Shown here: positions 10,341-18,101 of the stretch, piece by piece
Numbering within the stretch: the first letter of the stretch is position 1
Layout of the letters: each line of letters begins with the position of its first letter
Assembly: GCA_027371715.1 (NCBI GenBank)
Contig: DAHXMM010000028.1
Coordinates: 1,253-65,252 of the forward strand
Reading direction: 5' to 3'
Length of the DNA: 64,000 bases
Origin: Elusimicrobiota bacterium
GTDB taxonomy: Bacteria; Elusimicrobiota; Elusimicrobia; UBA1565; UBA9628
Translations under genes and position numbers: made by a program
The notes under the pieces: model-generated
The model's input: only the letters and a program-made list of their open reading frames with translations
What the model was told of the DNA's origin: nothing
Database searches by the model: none

Positions 10341-10423
10341 ATGAGTTCATTGTAATAGGATTGGGGTAGGTCAACCAGGGCCCAAAGGCCTAGAGGAGTT
10401 CCCGGCAAAAGACCCAGATTAAG

Positions 10424-11683
10424 TTAGGGATTCGGCAAGCCCATGCTTGCTCTGGGCTGAGTGGATTTTTCGCCATCGGCGGATTTAAACTGAAGAAGAT
10501 TAAGAACTGCGCGTTTATCGCAATGAAATTCAAGACACTGGGCGGCCTGATCTTGATTTTGCAGAAAATCGGGATGGCCCAAAACCCATTGATAGTCTTT
10601 TTTCGCGGCCCCAACCAAGCCTTCAATATCTTCCCCAAAACCGCGATAGAGATGAAGTAAGGACAAAAGCCCCTCATCTTCCAAATCCAGACGCCCCGGC
10701 TGATTAAAAAAATCAATCGCCCGGCTCAACCAATTGACAATCTCATAACTCTCCTGAGGGCTCAGGCAATCTCGCGGGCTAAAACCGCAAGCGACATTTA
10801 AGAGCTTCTTCTTATACGCTTCCGGGTCCGCTTTGACAGCCTGAAAAAAATCTTGTCCCAACGCAAAAGACTGATCCCACTCTTCTAGTTTGGCCCGAAG
10901 GGCGATCTCGATGAGTTCAAAGTAAAGGCTTTGCGGGTATTTTTTGCGCAATTTTTCAACAATCGACAGGGAAGTTTTATAATCTTTTTTATCCATCAAA
11001 TACAGGGTCGCAAGAAAAATCGCGGCCTGATCCCGGCTATAGGGTCCGCGGTCCTCGGCGATAATGAGGTGTTCGATTCCGCGCCTTTCGTTGGCGTGAA
11101 GCCCTCCCAAAAAAGCCCCGGTTTTAAGCAAAAACCCAAAACGCGAAACCTGGTAATCATAACTCCCCAGTCCCAAATAGGCATCGTAATAAGTGGAATC
11201 CAGGCGAATACAGTCCTTCAAATGAGACAGCGCCTTACGCCCATTAAAAAAAGCCTTAAACCAATGATGGTTGATAAAATCCCACTCCCCCAACTCTCCC
11301 AGAGAAAGACCGAGAATAAAATGTCCTTCCGCCTTGTCTCCAGGTTTGGAACTAGACAATAAGCGCCGGGCTCCTTGAATGGCCAGAGTCAAATCATTTT
11401 CAAAACGTTTTTTTAACCAAGCGGGGGGCGGAAGAATCCCGGCTTGAGCGGAAGTTTCCCACCACAAGGCTCCGGCGTCCGATAAATAGGCGAAGGGATC
11501 ATTGGGATTATTCTGGATGATTTGGGCGAAATCGCGATTGGCCGCGTCAAAATCCATGCCGTAGAGGGCCGTTAAGGCCTCCTTTAATTCCGTCGAGGAG
11601 GTAGAAACCAGAAAATGCTCCCCTGCATAAAGAGGAGTTCTCGGCCACAAAAGTATCAATAAAAAAAGAATCCCTTTTCTCAT
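10424..11683 (-). CDS. Hypothetical secreted helical-repeat (TPR-like) protein
   Basis: 419 aa, signal-like N-terminus (MRKGILFLLILLWPRTPLYAG), helix-rich repeat-like composition. Family not recognised with confidence. Confidence 0.5.
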   Translation of the reverse strand: MRKGILFLLILLWPRTPLYAGEHFLVSTSSTELKEALTALYGMDFDAANRDFAQIIQNNPNDPFAYLSDAGALWWETSAQAGILPPPAWLKKRFENDLTLAIQGARRLLSSSKPGDKAEGHFILGLSLGELGEWDFINHHWFKAFFNGRKALSHLKDCIRLDSTYYDAYLGLGSYDYQVSRFGFLLKTGAFLGGLHANERRGIEHLIIAEDRGPYSRDQAAIFLATLYLMDKKDYKTSLSIVEKLRKKYPQSLYFELIEIALRAKLEEWDQSFALGQDFFQAVKADPEAYKKKLLNVACGFSPRDCLSPQESYEIVNWLSRAIDFFNQPGRLDLEDEGLLSLLHLYRGFGEDIEGLVGAAKKDYQWVLGHPDFLQNQDQAAQCLEFHCDKRAVLNLLQFKSADGEKSTQPRASMGLPNP

Positions 11684-12588
11684 CGGCGTTTTCTTTTTTT
11701 ATCCTCCGCCGCCCAAGCGCCACGGCCGCTTTTATTCCAGAAGCTCTGAATATACGCCCAACCTTCTTCCGCGGTTTCGGCGATATAAAATAAGCGCCGC
11801 TCGGGCCAAGAGATGAGTCCTTGTTCGGCCAAAAAGTCCCAATCAATCACGCGTTCCCAAAATTCGCGTCCGAACAAAACAATCGGCAGGAGAGATTTTT
11901 TGGCCGTTTGGACCAAGGTCAAAGCCTCAAAAAGCTCATCAAAAGTCCCGTATCCTCCGGGGAAAGCGACCATCGCCTTCGCCCGCATCATGAAGTGCAT
12001 TTTCCTTAGAGAAAAATAATGAAACTGGAAGCTCAACTCCGGAGTCAAATAGGGATTAGGGTCTTGTTCATGGGGAAGAGTGATATTAAGCCCGATGCTT
12101 TTAGAGCCGGTTTCCCAGGCCCCGCGGTTGGCCGCTTCCATAATACCGGGCCCGCCGCCGGTGACGATGACAAACTCAAGCCCCTTGTCTTTCTGCTGGG
12201 CTTTTGAGATTAAAGCCGCAAATTTTTGCGTCTCCGCATAATAGCGGGATTGAGAGAGCCTCATCTTGGCGAAATTAAATTTTTTAATGAGCTCCGGATT
12301 TTTGGGAGAAAGTTTAAGCGCGTATTTAGCTTCTTTTAAATTCTCCCTGGCCGCCTCGGGAGACAAAATGCGCGCCGATCCGAACACGACGATGGTCGAG
12401 CGAATGCGGTGTTCCCGTAAAATCATTTCTGGCTTTAAAAGCTCCAACTGCAAGCGCACGGGGCGAAGCTCCCGTTTGTTCAAAAAACGCATATCCTCAT
12501 AGGCCAAGGAATAAGCCTTAGAATTCTTAATCTGATGAATCATCCGCGCTTTTTCTTCGCGCCCCGCTTCATGACCTAAATTTTCCAT
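11680..12588 (-). CDS. LOG-family (TIGR00730-type) nucleotide 5'-monophosphate nucleosidase-like protein
   Basis: GGGPGIMEAANRGA and PGGYGTFDELFEALTLVQT, the two LOG/YgdH-family signature motifs. N-terminal extension of about 60 aa. Confidence 0.8.
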   Translation of the reverse strand: MENLGHEAGREEKARMIHQIKNSKAYSLAYEDMRFLNKRELRPVRLQLELLKPEMILREHRIRSTIVVFGSARILSPEAARENLKEAKYALKLSPKNPELIKKFNFAKMRLSQSRYYAETQKFAALISKAQQKDKGLEFVIVTGGGPGIMEAANRGAWETGSKSIGLNITLPHEQDPNPYLTPELSFQFHYFSLRKMHFMMRAKAMVAFPGGYGTFDELFEALTLVQTAKKSLLPIVLFGREFWERVIDWDFLAEQGLISWPERRLFYIAETAEEGWAYIQSFWNKSGRGAWAAEDKKRKRR

Positions 12589-12606
12589 AAGTTTCCCTCT
12601 TATTGT

Positions 12607-13875
12607 TTATTGTATTTTTAAAACTCTCGGGAGCCAAAGACTGAGCCCCGGAAAATATGTGACTAGCATAAGAAAAAAGGCGAGAATCAGCCAAAAAGGA
12701 AACGCCGCGCGGTAAAGCTCGGACAAGGGTTTTTCAAAGCGGCGGCTCGATAGAAAAAGGTTGAGCCCCATCGGAGGCGTCATATACCCAATTTCAAGAT
12801 TGAGCAAAAACAAACTTCCCAGATGAATGGGGTCAATTCCATATTTCAGGGCGATGGGAACGATAATCGGGACGACGATAATAATGGCGGAAAAGATCTC
12901 GACCATATTGACGATCAAGAGAAAGACGTTGAGCAAAATCAAAAATTCATGGGGCCCGGAGATATGGGTTTGAAGCCAGGCAAAAAGGCGGTTGGGAATT
13001 TCCGCCTCAATCAAATAATTCGTCAGCCCCAAGGCCGTTCCCAAAACAATGAGAATCGCCCCCACCAAGGTCATACTTTTTCTCATCACCTCCGGCACCG
13101 CGGAAATTTTGACGTCTCGGTAAATTAGAATTTCGACCGCCAAGACATAAAAGGCCATCACCGCCGCGGCCTCGGAAGCGGTAAAAATTCCGCCGTAGAT
13201 TCCGCCGATAATCAAAAAGGGAAGCGGAACTTCCCAAGCGGCGGCGCGAACGGCTTTTTTAAAAGAAGCCCACTGAAAAGGAGTCGTGGGAGCGCCTCCC
13301 CTCAAAGAAACCCGGGCCGCGTAAATGGATAACAAAATAAGAAGAAAGAACCCGGGAATCAAGGTGGCGGCGAAGAGTTTATTAATCGAAATCCGAGCGA
13401 CCAAAGCGTATAAGATAATGGGAAGACTCGGCGGAAATAAAAGCCCCAAACTTCCGGTCGTGGTAATGAGCCCCAAGGAAAATTTTTCCGAGTATCCCTG
13501 GCGGGTCAAAACGGCATAAATAATTCCACCCAAGGCGATAATCGTGACGCCCGAGGCTCCGGTAAACGCGGTAAAAAGAGCGCAGGCCCCCAAGGAAGCG
13601 ACCGCAATACCGCCGGGAAGCCAGGATAAAGACGCTTCCGCCAGATCCAAAAGTCTTTGGGGCGCGTTTGATTCGGCGAGCAAATAGCCGGCAAAAGTAA
13701 AAAGAGGAACCGCAATCAAAGACGGCATATCCGCTAAGCGCGCCAATTCAATAATCAGGGCTGAAGACTCAATCTGGGCCTGATGAAAAAGAAATAAAGA
13801 AAGCCCTCCTAAAAGGGCGAAAATAGGCGCTCCCAAAGCCGCCAGGGCGACTAGACCAATAAAAAAGAGGCTCAT
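12607..13875 (-). CDS. dctM: TRAP transporter large permease (DctM family)
   Basis: Polytopic ORF of about 420 aa typical of DctM. ATG 13875 overlaps the dctQ stop (ATGA). The track ORF extends to 13947, but that extension is not membrane-like. Confidence 0.85.
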   Translation of the reverse strand: MSLFFIGLVALAALGAPIFALLGGLSLFLFHQAQIESSALIIELARLADMPSLIAVPLFTFAGYLLAESNAPQRLLDLAEASLSWLPGGIAVASLGACALFTAFTGASGVTIIALGGIIYAVLTRQGYSEKFSLGLITTTGSLGLLFPPSLPIILYALVARISINKLFAATLIPGFFLLILLSIYAARVSLRGGAPTTPFQWASFKKAVRAAAWEVPLPFLIIGGIYGGIFTASEAAAVMAFYVLAVEILIYRDVKISAVPEVMRKSMTLVGAILIVLGTALGLTNYLIEAEIPNRLFAWLQTHISGPHEFLILLNVFLLIVNMVEIFSAIIIVVPIIVPIALKYGIDPIHLGSLFLLNLEIGYMTPPMGLNLFLSSRRFEKPLSELYRAAFPFWLILAFFLMLVTYFPGLSLWLPRVLKIQ

Positions 13876-14405
13876 TTCATTTCTTCTTGAAGCGGAGTAA
13901 AAATCCGCAGCGCAAAATGGGAACCTACCAGCAAAAACCCCAACCAAATAATATCCGCCGAGGCCCAGGACGGAAATGAGAAATCGCCAATCCTAAAAAG
14001 AGTATGCCCGTATGTTTTTTCTTCTAGCGCGTATTGACGGGCGGCCAAAGCCAAAAAAAAGGCGGCGAGCGCGCCGGAGAGATTGGAAACAACCCCCAAC
14101 AGTCGCCCCAAAGCCGGGTTTTTGGGGCGCGGCATTTCCCAGGCGAAATGCTTCCCCTGGGAAGCGGCGAAAGCCGCGCCTAAAAAACCAAGCCAAACAA
14201 CCATGTGCCTAAGCAAGGGATCGGCCCATAAAATCCCGGAATGAAAAAAATCGCGCAGGAGGACCTGAAAGAACGCCAAAAAAATCATCGCCAACAAGAA
14301 GACTACCAGCAAAATAGTCTCAATGAGAAAAAGCGTCTTTTCAATGGGCTTAAGTAGAGCGCCCATGATGTTGGCGAAAGGTTTTGAGAGAGTTCTGAAC
14401 CGCAT
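13872..14405 (-). CDS. dctQ: TRAP transporter small permease (DctQ family)
   Basis: 177 aa with 4 predicted TM segments, sitting between dctP and dctM. Alternative start at 14366. Confidence 0.75.
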   Translation of the reverse strand: MRFRTLSKPFANIMGALLKPIEKTLFLIETILLVVFLLAMIFLAFFQVLLRDFFHSGILWADPLLRHMVVWLGFLGAAFAASQGKHFAWEMPRPKNPALGRLLGVVSNLSGALAAFFLALAARQYALEEKTYGHTLFRIGDFSFPSWASADIIWLGFLLVGSHFALRIFTPLQEEMK

Positions 14406-15375
14406 CGAGAAATTTTTGCGAATAAAGTTTTCCGACCAGGGCTTCCCGCGCCTTTTGCCCCAAAGCCTTATAGAGCTTCGCCGTCTGGGGATCGGGGTTT
14501 GGGCTCAAGTTCAGGCCTTCCTTTTGAAGAGCGGTCAAAGCCTCGTCATTATCCTTGCGCGCAAGGGCGTTAAGGCGCGTCAAATATTTCAAGCTCACTT
14601 TTTTAAGAATTTTTTGCTGGGACGGGCTTAACCGGTCAAAGGTCTTTTTAGAAACCAAAACGGCTCCTGAGGCGTAGGCCAAGGACGCCGGATCAATGTA
14701 TTGAGTCTTCGTAAACCACTGTAGAGCGGTCACCGCCAAGGGCGGCCCGTAAACCGTGTCAATCATCCCGGTTTGAAGAGAGGTCATGACGTCAAGCTCG
14801 GACAAAGGAATAGGATTAATTCCTAAAACCTTGAAAGCCGCTTCGGCGATGGGGTCTCCCTCCCAAATCCAGATTTTATCTTTTTTAAGCGCGTCTATAT
14901 TAGAAAAGGGATGCTGGCTAAAAAAATGGACAAAGCCCAAGTCGCTCCAGCCTAAAAATACAAAACCGCCTTTCAAAAAAGCCTTTTCAAACTTCGCGTG
15001 GAACTTCTTTCGGATAAAATCAACTTCGGAGGTATTTTTAAAAAGCCAGGGAGAATCGAGAATACGAACCTTGGGCGCAATTTCTCCCAACCCAAGTCCG
15101 GTAAACCCACCGGCCTGCATTTCCCCGATTCTAATTTTTCTTAAAACGTCTTTTTCATCTCCCGCAACGCCGCCGGGATAAATCTTGAAAGAAACCTGCC
15201 CCTGGGTTTCTTTTTTAAGCTCTTGGTTTAAGTCCTTCATCGTGTTCATCCAGGCCGAACCTTCCGGAGCCAGGGTCGCAAATTTAATCACGACCGGATC
15301 CGCCCAAATCCAAGTTGAACAAAAATTAATGAAGAACAATGAGGAGACGATTTTTTTAAGTTTAGAAGAGATCAT
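14350..15375 (-). CDS. dctP: TRAP transporter substrate-binding protein (DctP family)
   Basis: Start set at MISSKLKKIVSSLFFINFCSTWIWA (signal peptide). The mature part, VVIKFATLAPEGSAWMNTMKDLNQELKKETQG...FKIYPGGVAGDEKD, is DctP-like. The track ORF N-terminal extension overlaps tatT and looks spurious. Confidence 0.85.
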   Translation of the reverse strand: MISSKLKKIVSSLFFINFCSTWIWADPVVIKFATLAPEGSAWMNTMKDLNQELKKETQGQVSFKIYPGGVAGDEKDVLRKIRIGEMQAGGFTGLGLGEIAPKVRILDSPWLFKNTSEVDFIRKKFHAKFEKAFLKGGFVFLGWSDLGFVHFFSQHPFSNIDALKKDKIWIWEGDPIAEAAFKVLGINPIPLSELDVMTSLQTGMIDTVYGPPLAVTALQWFTKTQYIDPASLAYASGAVLVSKKTFDRLSPSQQKILKKVSLKYLTRLNALARKDNDEALTALQKEGLNLSPNPDPQTAKLYKALGQKAREALVGKLYSQKFLDAVQNSLKTFRQHHGRST

Positions 15376-16213
15376 TTTCTTTCTCCAAGAGACGTTTTGC
15401 TTTTTCCTTGGCGACCGCATCCATGAGACGCGCGTTTGGGAGTTCTCCGGCGGGAAGTTCCTCGACTTTTTTAAGCAAGGACTCAAAAAGAGACTGATTC
15501 TGAACCGCGACCGCGTAGTATTTCGCCTCCAAGACATATCCCATCAGATATTTTCCTTGATTCATCGCTTGGGCTTTCTCAAAATAAGCTTTCGCCTTTT
15601 TTGGGTTTCCGCCCAACATCGGAGGCCGGGAATAATAAGTTCCAAAGAAAAGTTCAGGGCCGGCGAAGTTATAAGCGACGTTGAGTTCCTTAACTCGCCG
15701 CATCATCGCGACAACCTTAGGGAGAGACGCTAAACTCGCGGGAGAGTCTTTCTTCAGATTAATCTCTCCAGCCCAGTTAAAGGCGGCCCAGAAAAGAGAA
15801 GGCGCGTCCTTAACCGAAGCCCCCTTGAGTTCTCTTGAGAGAGCGCCCAGGCTTTCCGTTTTAATACTTTTAAACTTCTTTTTAAGAGAGAGAGCCCTTA
15901 AAGCGTAATTTCTCCCTCTTTGGTAAAAGGCGGCGGCTCGCGCGGGGTTTGAATCTTCGATAAAGAGAAAACTGTATCCCGCAAAGCCCTGAGCGGCCAA
16001 GACCAGTAAAGAAGAATTGCGCGGGCTGTTATAAAGGAGCTCTTCGAGAAGTTTCAATTGCGCGGGAAAAGAATCTTTGGCGAAAGCCGGATCGGCTTCA
16101 TCATAGAGGGCCCCCACCCCGCCCTGAATCACTTCCGAAGTCGAGCGCACGGCAATTGGGCGCAAACTACAAGCCGAGGCCAGAAAGACGAAAAAGAAAA
16201 AAGATTTTTTCAA
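15362..16213 (-). CDS. tatT: TRAP-associated TPR lipoprotein, TatT family
   Basis: TTG start overlaps the upstream stop (TTGA). Lipoprotein-like FVFLASAC. LKLLEELLYNSPRNSSLLVLAAQGFAGYSFLFIED...FYQRGRNYALRAL...GPELFFGTYYSRPPMLGGNPKKAKAYFEKA...ARLMDAVAKEKAKRLLEKENDLF matches my memory of the TatT family. Lies immediately upstream of dctP. Confidence 0.7.
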   Translation of the reverse strand: MKKSFFFFVFLASACSLRPIAVRSTSEVIQGGVGALYDEADPAFAKDSFPAQLKLLEELLYNSPRNSSLLVLAAQGFAGYSFLFIEDSNPARAAAFYQRGRNYALRALSLKKKFKSIKTESLGALSRELKGASVKDAPSLFWAAFNWAGEINLKKDSPASLASLPKVVAMMRRVKELNVAYNFAGPELFFGTYYSRPPMLGGNPKKAKAYFEKAQAMNQGKYLMGYVLEAKYYAVAVQNQSLFESLLKKVEELPAGELPNARLMDAVAKEKAKRLLEKENDLF

Positions 16214-16902
16214 TTTAGAGGTTGAAGGGACCGCCGAATTTGCAAGAACTTAAGGGATGAGTTCCAGGGGCCGCGCTTTCCGTAAAACTCAAGAACATCT
16301 CCCTTGAGTTTAGCTCCGTACATATTTTTATCGACGGCAAAAAACCATTGAATGGATTGCCTAAGAGCCGCAACCGACTCATGCATGACGTAAAAATTTC
16401 CGTCTTCAAATTGAAGCAAACACACCGAAGCCGCCGGATGCGGGCCGGGTTGATAAATAGGCGCAAAAACGATGGAATCAATCGTGATTTTGTCGACCGA
16501 GTCATAAAGCGGTCTTAAAAGATCATCGGAGACAATTTTGGCCTCAACCCCCTTGGGGTCATCTAAATCCTTAACCCAAACGGCGTCTCCTTTAAGAGAA
16601 ATCTGGTAGCGGTGGGATGGGAAAACCGAGGCGACTCCCTTGGCCAAGTCCTCGCGGGAATAAATATGAGTCACCCCATCCTGGCGAAATTCCGTCCACA
16701 AGGAGCTGTCTGAACCAATTTGAGCGGCGACCTTGATGAGCGAATCTCCCACGGGGCGGGAAATGAAGGCTTCCTTTTTAGGGGACGCGAACGCATTCAA
16801 ATTCAACTCCAAAAGCAATTTAGGGGAAGAGCTTGGAGCGGCCCAGGGAACGGAAGGCGTTAAACAGAGCGTCAAGGCGGCGGCGAAGATTATCTTTTTC
16901 AT
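16210..16902 (-). CDS. Hypothetical secreted protein (230 aa)
   Basis: Signal peptide MKKIIFAAALTLCLTPSVPWA. First gene of the minus-strand string that ends with dctM. No motif recognised. Confidence 0.55.
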   Translation of the reverse strand: MKKIIFAAALTLCLTPSVPWAAPSSSPKLLLELNLNAFASPKKEAFISRPVGDSLIKVAAQIGSDSSLWTEFRQDGVTHIYSREDLAKGVASVFPSHRYQISLKGDAVWVKDLDDPKGVEAKIVSDDLLRPLYDSVDKITIDSIVFAPIYQPGPHPAASVCLLQFEDGNFYVMHESVAALRQSIQWFFAVDKNMYGAKLKGDVLEFYGKRGPWNSSLKFLQIRRSLQPLN

Positions 16903-16968
16903 ACCCTCATTGTATAAAAGTTAAAAAATTATTTACTATACCTTTTTCTTTTAATTTGTATGGATGGT

Positions 16969-16996
16969 ATTGTCCAGTTATTTTCGGGACACAACA
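16969..16996. repeat. Solo 28-nt copy of the MITE terminal inverted repeat (right-arm orientation)
   Basis: attgtccagttattttcgggacacaaca is 28/28 identical to 62281-62308. Followed by TTAA here and by CTAG there. No partner arm nearby. Confidence 0.85.
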
Positions 16997-17068
16997 TTAA
17001 GCAAAGGGACTGGACTTTTCTCCACACTCTTGTTAGAATCAAGACAAGTTGAAACAATGGGAGGCGTC

Positions 17069-18070
17069 ATGATGAAAAAAAGTCTTTTCGCGATCGCGGA
17101 GGCTCTCTTATCCCTGGGTCTTATCTTTTCGCCCGCTTTCTCTCAAACAGAAATTTCAAATCCATCTCCCTGGCATCAAAAACTCATTCCGCTCGCCAAA
17201 GACTTTCATTTTAAGCCTTCCATCGCAAAAGCCTCTCCCGTCTCCCAAGCCCGTCTTGGCGCGCATATCATGCCGGTCAGCTTTCATTCAAAATTCATGT
17301 CGCCCTCTCCCAAAGCCTCCGCTTCCAAAATTCTTTTGTCTTACTACGGAGGGCCTCTTCTCAACCACGTGAAAGTCGTGGTCATTTATTGGAACAAAGA
17401 CGTCGCTTTTCAAGATCAGATTCCGGGGTTTTTCGCCAACGTCACTCAAAGCCCTTTTTTTGATTGGCTTAAAGAGTATAACGCGCCTCATCAATCCATC
17501 GGCTACGGTTCTTTAGAAGCCATGCACCTGGATCAAAAAGCTCCGTTTAAGAATCTCATCGAGGATTCGGAGATTCAGGCCCAGCTCTTAAGAATGATCA
17601 AAGACGGCTCTGTTCCCGCGGTAGACAAAAATACCCTTTACATGATTTATTTCCCGCCCAAAATGCAAATTGATTTGGGTGGTCAGAAATCCTGCGAGGT
17701 TTTCTGCGCCTATCACAACAGCTTTCTCAAAAACGGATCTGAAATCAATTACGGCGTCATTCCTGATCAAGGAGGCAGTTGCGACGGCGGTTGCGGGCCC
17801 AGCCCGTCTCGCTTTGACAATGAAACTTCGGTTACCTCGCACGAACTGACCGAAGCCGTCACCGATCCGGCCGTGGGTCTTGTTCAGGGCTCCCAACCCG
17901 CCTATCCCTTGGGCTGGTACAACGCTTCCGCCGGAGAAATTGGAGATATTTGCGCCGATAAACAAGGAATGGTGGATGGATATGTGGTCCAAAAAGAATG
18001 GTCCAACCAACGCCAAACCTGCGTCAATTCTTCCGACGATCCCGGTTCCCCTGTTCAATCTCCCAACTAA
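17069..18070 (+). CDS. Hypothetical secreted protein
   Basis: GGGAGG RBS before ATGATG 17069. Signal peptide MMKKSLFAIAEALLSLGLIFSPAFS. Cys-rich C-terminal half with HELTEAVTDP. The track ORF start at 16964 lies inside the repeat copy. Confidence 0.6.
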   Translation: MMKKSLFAIAEALLSLGLIFSPAFSQTEISNPSPWHQKLIPLAKDFHFKPSIAKASPVSQARLGAHIMPVSFHSKFMSPSPKASASKILLSYYGGPLLNHVKVVVIYWNKDVAFQDQIPGFFANVTQSPFFDWLKEYNAPHQSIGYGSLEAMHLDQKAPFKNLIEDSEIQAQLLRMIKDGSVPAVDKNTLYMIYFPPKMQIDLGGQKSCEVFCAYHNSFLKNGSEINYGVIPDQGGSCDGGCGPSPSRFDNETSVTSHELTEAVTDPAVGLVQGSQPAYPLGWYNASAGEIGDICADKQGMVDGYVVQKEWSNQRQTCVNSSDDPGSPVQSPN

Positions 18071-18071
18071 A

Positions 18072-18101
18072 AAGTAAAAAAGGGAATATCCTTTTTTACT
18101 T
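18072..18101. terminator. Bidirectional hairpin between convergent genes
   Basis: aagtaaaaaagg-gaatat-ccttttttactt: perfect 12-bp stem with a 6-nt loop and T/A runs on both strands. The right arm overlaps the last codons of the TPR gene. Confidence 0.55.

Noticed and set aside
17069-18070. HELTEAVTDP in the 368-aa secreted protein, considered as a metalloprotease active site. There is also a vague resemblance of YYGGPLLNHVKVVVIYW to EXORDIUM/PHI-1-like proteins.
   Set aside because: The motif is HExxE rather than HExxH, with no recognisable third ligand. The family resemblance rests on memory of a short pattern only. Left as hypothetical.
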